Shown one piece after another: positions 24,194 through 32,397 of a stretch of 57,651 bases of DNA (positions are counted from its first letter, which is position 1; each line of letters opens with the position of its first letter). The stretch covers positions 1-57,651 of the forward strand of contig CALCDB010000017.1 in the NCBI GenBank assembly GCA_937901395.1, written 5' to 3'. The position numbers and the translations under genes are program-made. The stretch is from an uncultured Verrucomicrobiota bacterium. Lineage in GTDB: Bacteria; Verrucomicrobiota; Kiritimatiellia; RFP12; UBA1067. The notes below the pieces were generated by a model. That model was not told the origin of the DNA, made no database searches, and saw only the letters and a program-made list of their open reading frames with translations.

Positions 24194-26118
24194 GGGATGT
24201 TGCGTTTTCCTGTGATGACAATGGGGCGAAATTTCTTCGGGTAACGGTATGGTCGTTGTTAAGCCATTATCATGGATCCGAGCCGATTCGTATTAATGTG
24301 TTGGATGGCTTTGGCGGACATTCCGCGGAGAATCGCGAGAAGTTACGAGAGTTAGTGGCTAAGTTTTCCAATGCTTCTGTTCGACATATCAATGTTGAAG
24401 GCGCGGTTGAGCCGTATAAAGATTTGATAATGAATCGTGAACATTCACGGTGGAATATCTTTACTTGGACGCCGATATTCGCGCCGCAATTAATTGCAGA
24501 TTCAACAGGCAACATCGTTCACTTCGATATTGACATGCTTTTTAATGACGATGTTTCTGAGCTTTTCGAGCTTGATCTTGGGGATAATTTAATAGCGGCA
24601 GTAGCTGAATACGGGCGTGAAGATAAGGATGTAAGCAACGCGGTTTGGGGTAGAGGTATCTTGCCGCCAGAAGCAGAGCGTTACTTCAATACGGGAACAT
24701 TGGTTTTTAATGCGGAGAAATGTCGCGCTGAACGCACTTGGGAAAAGATACTTGCCTGGTATCGCGAGCATTACGATATCGCCGATCGAATTGAGCAAGA
24801 TGCATGGAACGCATTATATTGGCGTAGAACTCAGCTGCTACCGTTAAGGTGGAACTTCCATGATCGGTTAATCAAGAGCTATCCAAAATGGAATCTTGCG
24901 GAAAAGTATTGGCTCGGCAATCCACCGCGCGAATGCTTAGAGGCGGCGCTTAACCCAGCGGTTCTGCATTTTTGGGGACCGAAAAAACCATGGAAGGTAT
25001 CGCATCGGCCATATCGTTCGCTTTATCACGAGGCCATGCGAGCGGTGGGGATGATTCCCCCAAGAGAACCGCGATTGGCAATTTGGCATAACCTTGTAAA
25101 TCGTCGTAATTTGAACGCGATTGCCAAACGATTGAGATTCATCAATGACACGACTTTACAGCAGGCCTTTTTCAACCAAAGGGCAGTGCGCAAAAAAGTG
25201 AAGCGGTTATTGGCTTTGCCTTTTGAATGGCTTGGCATTTTGCTTGCGCTGGCGATAATAGTTCCTTTGCCGCATTGTCTTATGCTTAGGATATGCGATC
25301 TCATATCGTCCGTTTATCATGCATGTGATAGAAAAGGAAGAAAAATAGCGGCCATTAATCTCGCCTTGATAGCTCCGCGCCTAAGCGAGAAATCGGCGCG
25401 CCTCATAATTCGCCGAGCATATCGTAATATGACTCGTTCGGTAGGGCATGCATTTTGGACGTGTCTAAACGCGAGAAGACGAGTCGAGCGAGTTGGTGAG
25501 ATTAATGAAAAGATCAAGAATTTTCTTCTGGTCAACAAACCTGCGGTTACGGTATCAGCGCATCTCGGATGCTGGGAGATACTTTCGCAACTTGCATATC
25601 TCAATGGACATTCGATGATGTCGGTTGCCAAAGATATTGGCACGCCTGCGATGACGAAACTGCTAATGCGAGCTCGGCGTTCAATTGGACAAGAGATTGT
25701 ACATGCGGAAGGGGCGTTCAAGGCGCTGATGAATGGCATACGTGCTGGAAAGTCATTGGGGCTATTGGTCGATCAGCGAGTCTCTCCATCAGATGGAGGA
25801 ATATGGATTCGTTTCTTGTCGCGGCCGATGCCGGTATCTGCGGCGCCTGCTTTCTTTTCCGCCAAGACGAAAAGTCCAATAATCATTGCTTGGTCGCGTC
25901 CATTGAAGAATGGTAAGTATCGTTGTGAATACATCGCTTCGTATAGTCCTGAAGAATCGCGTGATATTTGGCTGCAGACGCAACGTTGCGCTTCAGACTT
26001 AGAGCGTGTAATCAAGCGGCATCCATCTTGTTGGATTCTTAACTATGATTATTTCTGCTATGCGCCGACTCCGAAAATGTTAGCAGAACTTGTCAATCGG
26101 GAGCTTGCGCATAAATGA
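24190..26118 (+). CDS. fusion protein: glycosyltransferase family 8 + LpxL/HtrB-type lipid A (lysophospholipid) acyltransferase
   Basis: N-terminal GT8 motifs IVHFDIDMLFNDDV (DxD) and YFNTGTLVFN. A central TM helix. C-terminal VSAHLGCWE (HX4E) and LGLLVDQRV are typical of late acyltransferases. Confidence 0.8.
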   Translation: MRDVAFSCDDNGAKFLRVTVWSLLSHYHGSEPIRINVLDGFGGHSAENREKLRELVAKFSNASVRHINVEGAVEPYKDLIMNREHSRWNIFTWTPIFAPQLIADSTGNIVHFDIDMLFNDDVSELFELDLGDNLIAAVAEYGREDKDVSNAVWGRGILPPEAERYFNTGTLVFNAEKCRAERTWEKILAWYREHYDIADRIEQDAWNALYWRRTQLLPLRWNFHDRLIKSYPKWNLAEKYWLGNPPRECLEAALNPAVLHFWGPKKPWKVSHRPYRSLYHEAMRAVGMIPPREPRLAIWHNLVNRRNLNAIAKRLRFINDTTLQQAFFNQRAVRKKVKRLLALPFEWLGILLALAIIVPLPHCLMLRICDLISSVYHACDRKGRKIAAINLALIAPRLSEKSARLIIRRAYRNMTRSVGHAFWTCLNARRRVERVGEINEKIKNFLLVNKPAVTVSAHLGCWEILSQLAYLNGHSMMSVAKDIGTPAMTKLLMRARRSIGQEIVHAEGAFKALMNGIRAGKSLGLLVDQRVSPSDGGIWIRFLSRPMPVSAAPAFFSAKTKSPIIIAWSRPLKNGKYRCEYIASYSPEESRDIWLQTQRCASDLERVIKRHPSCWILNYDYFCYAPTPKMLAELVNRELAHK

Positions 26119-26819
26119 GAACTTTTGTAATCAACTTGAATCGTAACCCCGAGCGATTAGAATTCATGCGTTCGCAATTGACGCGATTGGGGATTGACTT
26201 CGAGCGGTTCCCCGCGATTTACGGGAAAGAGCTTTCACCGGAGATTCGTGCGCGTGATTTTGCCAAGAAGCGTTCGTTAATCGCGGCCAAGAAGCGGCTT
26301 AGTGACGCGGAAATTGGAGTGGCGTTATCGCATCTTGGTTGTTATAAGCGCATGATAGAAGCGAAAACACCGTACGCGTTAATTCTTGAAGATGATGTTG
26401 TTATTGCAGAAGAAATACATGAAACTCTTTCAAGGGTAACGAAATTCTTAAATTGTGACGAACCTCAGGTAGTGGTTCTTTCTGGATATGGCGTTGAAAA
26501 CGCCGAAAGACTTGCTCCGCAAATTCGTGAAGAGTCGTCAATATGGTGTGCTGATGCATACTGCCTTAATCTCAAGGCGGCGCAGTTGATATACGATGCG
26601 AACTATCCAGTAAGGACCGTTGCGGATTCTTTCAAGCGGTGGAGAAGATTTTATGGGCTAAAGTTGTATCGTGCGCTTCCCGCTACAGCGAGGCAAGATG
26701 ATGTACGTTTCGGCAGTGAGAATTTGGTGTTGCCCAAATCGAATTGGCTTGTTCGAAATTTGCTATGGCTCATCGACCGCGTGCTAATCGCGCTTGAAGG
26801 CGGCAAGCATAGCGTTTAA
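26115..26819 (+). CDS. glycosyltransferase family 25 (LPS core-type)
   Basis: MRTFVINLNRNPERLEFMRSQL..GIDFERFPAIYG is typical of GT25. ATGA overlap with the upstream gene. Confidence 0.8.
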   Translation: MRTFVINLNRNPERLEFMRSQLTRLGIDFERFPAIYGKELSPEIRARDFAKKRSLIAAKKRLSDAEIGVALSHLGCYKRMIEAKTPYALILEDDVVIAEEIHETLSRVTKFLNCDEPQVVVLSGYGVENAERLAPQIREESSIWCADAYCLNLKAAQLIYDANYPVRTVADSFKRWRRFYGLKLYRALPATARQDDVRFGSENLVLPKSNWLVRNLLWLIDRVLIALEGGKHSV

Positions 26820-27753
26820 GTAGCCAATGATACGCATCGAAGAATGCGCCCTCAATTGTTTTTAGCGGAGTCTCGCAGGGTAGGCGTTTCTTTATTAGCC
26901 CCAATTTGCGTAGGGTTGCACGATATTCAAGGCGTTCTGGACGATGTGTATAGTTCCATGGTTTGAAGCGGCCCATAAAATGGACGATACACGGATCGAT
27001 TGTAGCATCAATTACATCTTTAGGACGGTGCGAGAGCCAATTGTCGGCGAAGATATCGCGCTTAGGAAGTTGTTCGAGCCAAGTATCGCTATAATTCCAC
27101 TTAAGAGGCAAGCGTAAGGTTTTTGCGCCTAAGGTTACATTCTGCAAATCTTGATCGACGCCATAGAATTTCTGTTTATACTTGTCATAGAGCTCTGGTA
27201 TACGTTCGGCGATATGTTCGCGGCGATACATATCAGCATTCACGACCATTGTGCCATTGTTGAAGTATACGCCGGCTGCTTTTGGCCATTCACAATCTTC
27301 CAAAGCGGCGCGCATTTCTCGCGGACATTCATTGACCGCAGCGGCGATATATCCCATTCCAGCAAGATCAAGCGAGTAGAGCTCCTCTAGATCCTTGCGA
27401 ATGAACATATCCACATCAAGGTATACGACATTCCCCGTGATTTCTGGTAAGAGCTCGGTAAAGAGCGGGAAAGCCCATACGAGCGGGGGCCACTTACTTT
27501 CAGAACAGAGTTCATTCTGATGGCGCTTGAAAATTGGGCTGAAGTCGTGGAATTCGACTTTAGCGAATGGATATCGGGAAACGATTGCTTCAATGCGCTC
27601 ATTTAGCCGCGCATTAATGAACTCGGTATTTGTGGCAATATGAATAGTGAGCGGCTTATCGGCGTTACTATGAACCAACAGAGAATCAATCACCACGCAA
27701 AGTGGGGTAATGAAGTTCGGCTCGCAATTGAAGAATACTTGGCGTTCATTCAT
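26770..27753 (-). CDS. glycosyltransferase family 8
   Basis: VVYLDVDMFIRKDLEEL (DxD) and YFNNGTMVVN. The 3' end overlaps the convergent GT25 gene by 50 nt. Confidence 0.8.
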   Translation of the reverse strand: MNERQVFFNCEPNFITPLCVVIDSLLVHSNADKPLTIHIATNTEFINARLNERIEAIVSRYPFAKVEFHDFSPIFKRHQNELCSESKWPPLVWAFPLFTELLPEITGNVVYLDVDMFIRKDLEELYSLDLAGMGYIAAAVNECPREMRAALEDCEWPKAAGVYFNNGTMVVNADMYRREHIAERIPELYDKYKQKFYGVDQDLQNVTLGAKTLRLPLKWNYSDTWLEQLPKRDIFADNWLSHRPKDVIDATIDPCIVHFMGRFKPWNYTHRPERLEYRATLRKLGLIKKRLPCETPLKTIEGAFFDAYHWLLKRYACRLQARLARGR

Positions 27754-27872
27754 AAATCGTGAGATTCACCGCTGATTAATAACCAAAGTATTCAACAATG
27801 ACTTAATTTCACGAAGAAGGGGGATGATGGTGTTGGCCAGTGCGTCAGTCATTTGAATCTTTCTCTCGAAAT

Positions 27873-27949
27873 TGGTCGGGGCGGCGGGATTTGAACCCAC
27901 GGCCTTCTGCGCCCAAGGCAGACGCGCTACCAGACTGCGCTACACCCCG
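27873..27949 (-). tRNA. tRNA-Pro(UGG): tRNA-Pro (anticodon UGG), CCA encoded
   Basis: Reverse complement reads CGGGGTG TA GCGC AGTCTGGTA GCGC G TCTGC CTTGGGC GCAGA AGGCC GTGGG TTCAAAT CCCGC CGCCCCG A CCA. This folds as a full cloverleaf with a 7-nt anticodon loop holding TGG. Confidence 0.9.
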
Positions 27950-27964
27950 ACTTAGATGGCGCGT

Positions 27965-27973
27965 ATTATATCA
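27965..27973 (-). promoter_or_regulatory. extended -10 element TGATATAAT for tRNA-Pro
   Basis: Reverse complement of 27965-27973 is TGATATAAT, with 15 nt between the hexamer and the mature tRNA 5' end. Confidence 0.5.
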
Positions 27974-28002
27974 AAAATTTTTGCATTTGTGCGAATATAA
28001 TT

Positions 28003-28011
28003 TGATATAAT
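28003..28011 (+). promoter_or_regulatory. extended -10 element TGATATAAT
   Basis: Lies 7 nt before ATG 28019. A second TATAAT sits at 27996-28001. Confidence 0.55.
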
Positions 28012-28018
28012 ATTGCTC

Positions 28019-29182
28019 ATGAATTTAAAAATGCTATTATCAATGGGGTTGGCATTATTGCCAATTTGTAACTTTGCGGCTTCGAAAGTTCGACTGGTCT
28101 ATGGTGAGAAATGGTCGAGAGCGGGGCGTGATGTAAAGAAGATGCTACAGTCTTCGGAATGGAAATCATTGGCGAGGAATAATTATCTCGTTGAGTTTGT
28201 TGATGACAGCGGGGATAAACCGCCTGAGGAAAACATCGGTTCGTTGAAGTTGCCGTGCATTTTCGTATTGGACGAAAAGGGGCATTGTTATTTTGTCTAT
28301 GAGAATGTGCCCTATAACATCTCGGCGGAAAGACTTTTCCGGACGATTGTCAAGGTTGACAAGAAGAAGGATGAGATCATAAAGGAATATGGAGCGAACA
28401 CGATAGATGGGTGCGGCAAGTTATTGTTTGCAATGGAGCGTTATGTGGGCGGGCCTAAACGCGTAATTGACAAGAACTTTTACGCAGATGTATTCGATAA
28501 GCTCAAGACGTTGGATCCTCAAGATGTCGAGGGCTGGCAGCGCCACTTCTTGATGGGGGACGGCATTGAAATCGTCACGAAGGCGAATGAATTTAGGGAG
28601 GATAAGGATTTTGCAGGCGGGGCGCAATATATTGAGAATCAGTTCAAGTTGCCGCATAAGCATCTGACGGTAGAACAACAACAATCTCTATTTATGGCGA
28701 AGTTCGCGCTTTATCGGGAAGATATGACGAAGCGTCAGGAAATGATAGAGCTATTAAAGAAGGTAGCGGAAAAGGACGAGTCGACCTTATGGGGAACTGC
28801 GGCGGTAGGATGGTTGAACATTTTCAAAGAACCTCCGCTTTCGGTATATTGGGGGTGGCGCAAGGGGGATTTTCCAACGGGAGCGTTTAAGGATAAAAAG
28901 CTCAAATATGGGGTTCAGCATGCTTTCCCCAAGGCAGGGACTTGGACGATTACCTTTCAGACAACGAGTGGCCCGAAGGTGGAGGTAAGCTCGCTTTCAC
29001 TATATTGCGGAGACGAAGAAATCGCGAAGATAAATCGTCCTCCATTTGAAGTGAAGATATCGAGAGCGCAGGCCGGCAAGGTTACGCATATGATGTTGAC
29101 TGGTCATTCAGGCGGAGATAACTCGACAGGCGTAATCAAAATCGAGCGCAATATGTTGCGGCCGCGTAAGAATATAAAATGA
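28019..29182 (+). CDS. secreted thioredoxin-like-fold protein (paralogous layout to 3063..4256)
   Basis: Signal-like MNLKMLLSMGLALLPICNFAA. LKLPCIFVLDEKGHCYF is thioredoxin-like, and the C-terminus is beta-rich (GTWTITFQTTSGPKVEV..). The ORF-track TTG at 28013 is only 1 nt after the -10 box, so ATG 28019 is preferred. Confidence 0.65.
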   Translation: MNLKMLLSMGLALLPICNFAASKVRLVYGEKWSRAGRDVKKMLQSSEWKSLARNNYLVEFVDDSGDKPPEENIGSLKLPCIFVLDEKGHCYFVYENVPYNISAERLFRTIVKVDKKKDEIIKEYGANTIDGCGKLLFAMERYVGGPKRVIDKNFYADVFDKLKTLDPQDVEGWQRHFLMGDGIEIVTKANEFREDKDFAGGAQYIENQFKLPHKHLTVEQQQSLFMAKFALYREDMTKRQEMIELLKKVAEKDESTLWGTAAVGWLNIFKEPPLSVYWGWRKGDFPTGAFKDKKLKYGVQHAFPKAGTWTITFQTTSGPKVEVSSLSLYCGDEEIAKINRPPFEVKISRAQAGKVTHMMLTGHSGGDNSTGVIKIERNMLRPRKNIK

Positions 29183-31200
29183 GCGAGAGCGCGTTTTTCC
29201 AGGATTTGGCAATGTTGATGACTATCGCCGGCGCGGTGGCGGTAATCTTCGCTCGCTTAAGGTGGCCCAAGGTGCTTGGCTATATCTTGGTGGGCATTAT
29301 CATGAGTGAATACACATGGGGAGGAGGGTTTATCTCCAATGTGGAATCAGCGCGCACGATTGGTCAACTTGGCGTGGTATTTCTAATGTTTGGCATGGGG
29401 TTATCGTTCTCTTCGCGGGATATGGTAAAGATACGTGCGGTAGCGTTGCCAGCCGCGATTATCGATACGCTAATAATGATATGGCTTGGCTATATCATTG
29501 GCACGAAAGTAATGGGATGGGGAGCGGTGCCGTCTTTTTTCTTGGGCGTGGCAATATGCGATTCCGCTACCACGTTGCTCGCCAAGGTGATTGACGAGAT
29601 GAATTGGGGAAGCCGTCCATTCGCCAAATATGTATTGGGGACATCCATTTGCGAGGATATAATCTGCGTAGGCGCGATTGCGGTGGCGACTGGTTTTGCG
29701 AATGGCGGCGGGATGTCGGCAAGTTCGTTCTTCGCTTCCCTGGCGGGCTTAGGGGTTTTCTTTCTTACGGTATTGGTCGCCGGTTACATATTAGTTCCAA
29801 GATTGTTGCTTTCTGTATCTAAGCGCAATGATGATGAATCGCTGGTGCTGGCGTTATTGGGGTGTTGCTTTTTCGTTTCGTATATCGCATATCGTTTTAA
29901 TTATTCTCTGGCGTTGGGTGCATTCTTGGTTGGGTTGATAGGCGCGTCAAGCGATGTGCGCGATAAGCTCGCACGTTTGGTGGAGCCGCTCAAATCGATG
30001 TTTGCGGCGGTGTTCTTCGTGTCCATTGGTCTATTGGTCAATCCCATTGAGCTATGGCAGAATCTGCCTATGATATTGTTGCTTTCGGTGGTTGTGATTA
30101 TCGGCAAGGCATTTAATAATTTCATGGCGGCGATATTTTCCGGCATCGATATTAAGACCTCGGTTCAGATGGCCTTTTCATTGGCGCAGATTGGAGAATT
30201 CGCCTTCATGGTGGCGATTCTGTATGCGGATCTTTCGGAAGACGGAGGGGGCGATATGTTCCCAATTGCGATTGGTGTATCGTTATTGACCACGTTGCTG
30301 AATCCCTTCATGATACGTATCTCTGATAGAGTGGGGAATTTCGCGGAGCGCAAGGCGCCGGAGAAAGTTAAGAAGTGGCTTAATTCATATCATATCTGGC
30401 TTGAGAAACTTATGGTTTCAGCTGATCGCCGTGAGTTCATACGACTGAAGAACTTTGCACTCAAGTTGGGGATATATGCGATATTGATATTGTCGACATC
30501 GGTAGTGTGTTCGATATTATATCGTTTCGACTACACGAGATTCTCCAGTTTCTTCGAACGGTATGATCGGCTATTCTTCTTCGTGATTGCGAATGTGTTT
30601 TCGATTGCCATGTTACCGATGATCGTGTTTGCCGCGAGAGGCTTGGGCGATGAGGTAGCGGTGTTGTTGTCTGGAGATGGTAACAACAAGTGGCAAATGT
30701 CGGTTCGCCAATTGATAAGACTATTCATACTATGCGCGGTGATGGTGTTGTTCTTTTTCGAATGGGCGCTACTTAATGTGGCGACCTTCCCGGGGGAAAG
30801 GCATCTATTTTTGATAGTGCTTGCGATAATCATTGGCATCGGACTCGTGGGCTGGCGATTCTTTCTCAAGGCTGGCAGAAGGGCGACGCAACGATTTAAT
30901 GATGCCTTGAGCGCCGAGGAGCGTCGCGAAGGGTTCAAGAAGATGATGACGATTACGATTCCGGAAGGGACGTTGAACGAACTCAAGTTGGGCGCAAATT
31001 CTCCGGCGATTGGCGGCAATGTGGTTACGCTCAATATTCGCGCGAAGACTGGCGCTTCCATCGTTTCGGTTATTCGTGGCGGCAAGGCGTTTAGGAACAT
31101 TGGACCAGATTGGGAATTTCAGATTGGGGATGTGTTGGTAGCGATTGGAGACGCCCATGAAATCGCCGCGCTTAAGGATCTATTGGGGGTGATGGTATGA
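29179..31200 (+). CDS. cation:proton antiporter (CPA2 family) with C-terminal TrkA-C/RCK_C domain
   Basis: ~12 TM segments and a C-terminal LNELKLGANSPAIGGNVVTLNIRAKTGASIVSVIRGG..GDVLVAIGD. ATGA overlap with the upstream gene. Confidence 0.85.
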   Translation: MSESAFFQDLAMLMTIAGAVAVIFARLRWPKVLGYILVGIIMSEYTWGGGFISNVESARTIGQLGVVFLMFGMGLSFSSRDMVKIRAVALPAAIIDTLIMIWLGYIIGTKVMGWGAVPSFFLGVAICDSATTLLAKVIDEMNWGSRPFAKYVLGTSICEDIICVGAIAVATGFANGGGMSASSFFASLAGLGVFFLTVLVAGYILVPRLLLSVSKRNDDESLVLALLGCCFFVSYIAYRFNYSLALGAFLVGLIGASSDVRDKLARLVEPLKSMFAAVFFVSIGLLVNPIELWQNLPMILLLSVVVIIGKAFNNFMAAIFSGIDIKTSVQMAFSLAQIGEFAFMVAILYADLSEDGGGDMFPIAIGVSLLTTLLNPFMIRISDRVGNFAERKAPEKVKKWLNSYHIWLEKLMVSADRREFIRLKNFALKLGIYAILILSTSVVCSILYRFDYTRFSSFFERYDRLFFFVIANVFSIAMLPMIVFAARGLGDEVAVLLSGDGNNKWQMSVRQLIRLFILCAVMVLFFFEWALLNVATFPGERHLFLIVLAIIIGIGLVGWRFFLKAGRRATQRFNDALSAEERREGFKKMMTITIPEGTLNELKLGANSPAIGGNVVTLNIRAKTGASIVSVIRGGKAFRNIGPDWEFQIGDVLVAIGDAHEIAALKDLLGVMV

Positions 31201-31883
31201 TTCGCAAATCGTTGCTTGGCGTAGTCATAGTAATTCTATTGGGGCTCACGATATGGGGCGAGGTGTATTTGCGCGGCAAGCGAGCCGAGGCGGCGCCAGC
31301 GCTGATGGAAGGGACCTTGGCGACGATAGGCGGGTTGCGGAGTATCGCGGCGGAGATCGTGTGGTTTCGTGCGGATCGTCTGCAAGAGGAAGGGCGATAT
31401 GTGGAATTGGCGCAACTATCCAACATGCTGACATTCTTGGAGCCGCACACTCCGGAAGTGTGGAGCCATACCGCTTGGAATCTTGCATATAATGTTTCCA
31501 TAATGATGCCGACGGAGGAGGATCGTTGGCGCTGGGTAGAGGCTGCCATTCGCCTATTGCGGGATAGCGGATTGAAGCTCAACCCGAATTCTCCCGAGAT
31601 TTGTCGAGAATTGGCATGGCTATTCGAGATAAAGATTGGCACGGATGTGGATGCAGCGGCGCATGTCTATCGGGAAAAATGGCGTGCGATCGTGGAAGAC
31701 GTAAAGGCGCGGGGAGCGTGGGAGGAATTGGCGATGAAGCCGTATTTAATGTTGGAAATTGAACGTGATACCGGGTTTACGGATTGGGGAGATCCGCAAA
31801 TGTCGGCGATATATTTCGCAAGAATCGGGAAGTGCAGGGATATCGAAGCGTTGGCGGAGAGAATTTACAGGCGGAATCACTAA
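31197..31883 (+). CDS. membrane-anchored hypothetical protein
   Basis: 228-aa ORF with ATGA overlap and a single N-terminal TM helix. No motifs recognised. Confidence 0.55.
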   Translation: MIRKSLLGVVIVILLGLTIWGEVYLRGKRAEAAPALMEGTLATIGGLRSIAAEIVWFRADRLQEEGRYVELAQLSNMLTFLEPHTPEVWSHTAWNLAYNVSIMMPTEEDRWRWVEAAIRLLRDSGLKLNPNSPEICRELAWLFEIKIGTDVDAAAHVYREKWRAIVEDVKARGAWEELAMKPYLMLEIERDTGFTDWGDPQMSAIYFARIGKCRDIEALAERIYRRNH

Positions 31884-31895
31884 CTTCAAATTTTA

Positions 31896-31904
31896 TGATA
31901 TAAT
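31896..31904 (+). promoter_or_regulatory. extended -10 element TGATATAAT
   Basis: Lies 9 nt before ATG 31914. Confidence 0.5.
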
Positions 31905-31913
31905 AAGGATACT

Positions 31914-32396
31914 ATGAACTTGATATTGGCGACAATGTTGGCGACCGCTACGACGGTAGGCAGTACCGCGAAGATAACCGCGCAGACTACTTATTATGAT
32001 CGCAAGGAGGGCATCGCTTCGTTCAATGGCGGAGTTACCGTCGATGACGAACAGTATCAGCTCCACGCGGATCGCGCGTATGTATTCATGGATGAAAGCA
32101 ATGAGTTGAAACGAATTGTGGCGTTTGGCGATGTTGCGGTAACGAACGGCACTAAGCGCGCGTATGGCGGCAAGGTTTCGTATTATCGCGACCCGGGAAT
32201 GGTAGTCTTGTATGCGCCTGAAAAAGGCGTGGCGGAAGTGCGTGACGAAAAACCAGAAGGCGCGCAAGTAGTGCGAGGAAGAAAGATCAAGTTCTGGACG
32301 AATACCGAACAGGTGGAGGTGTTGGAGGCGGAGTTGTCAGCGCCAGTAACGGCGAGAGAACTCGGTATCGGCGATAAGTTGAGCATAGGGAAGTAA
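31914..32396 (+). CDS. LptA/OstA-family periplasmic protein
   Basis: Signal-like N-terminus. Repeating beta-jellyroll pattern ..ADRAYVFMDESNELKRIVAFGDVAVTNGTKRAYGGKVSYY.. as in LptA/OstA_N. Confidence 0.65.
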   Translation: MNLILATMLATATTVGSTAKITAQTTYYDRKEGIASFNGGVTVDDEQYQLHADRAYVFMDESNELKRIVAFGDVAVTNGTKRAYGGKVSYYRDPGMVVLYAPEKGVAEVRDEKPEGAQVVRGRKIKFWTNTEQVEVLEAELSAPVTARELGIGDKLSIGK

Positions 32397-32397
32397 A

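Noticed and set aside
27766-27852. 28-codon ORF (MTDALANTIIPLLREIKSLLNTLVINQR) on the minus strand between tRNA-Pro and the GT8 gene
   Set aside because: There is no convincing SD, and no conservation evidence is available. It could simply be a 5' UTR or tRNA trailer.
27873-27949. tRNA-Pro as an island integration hotspot
   Set aside because: Neither island abuts the tRNA. The flanking genes are core-like glycosyltransferase and Trx-like genes, and I saw no duplicated copy of the tRNA 3' end nearby.
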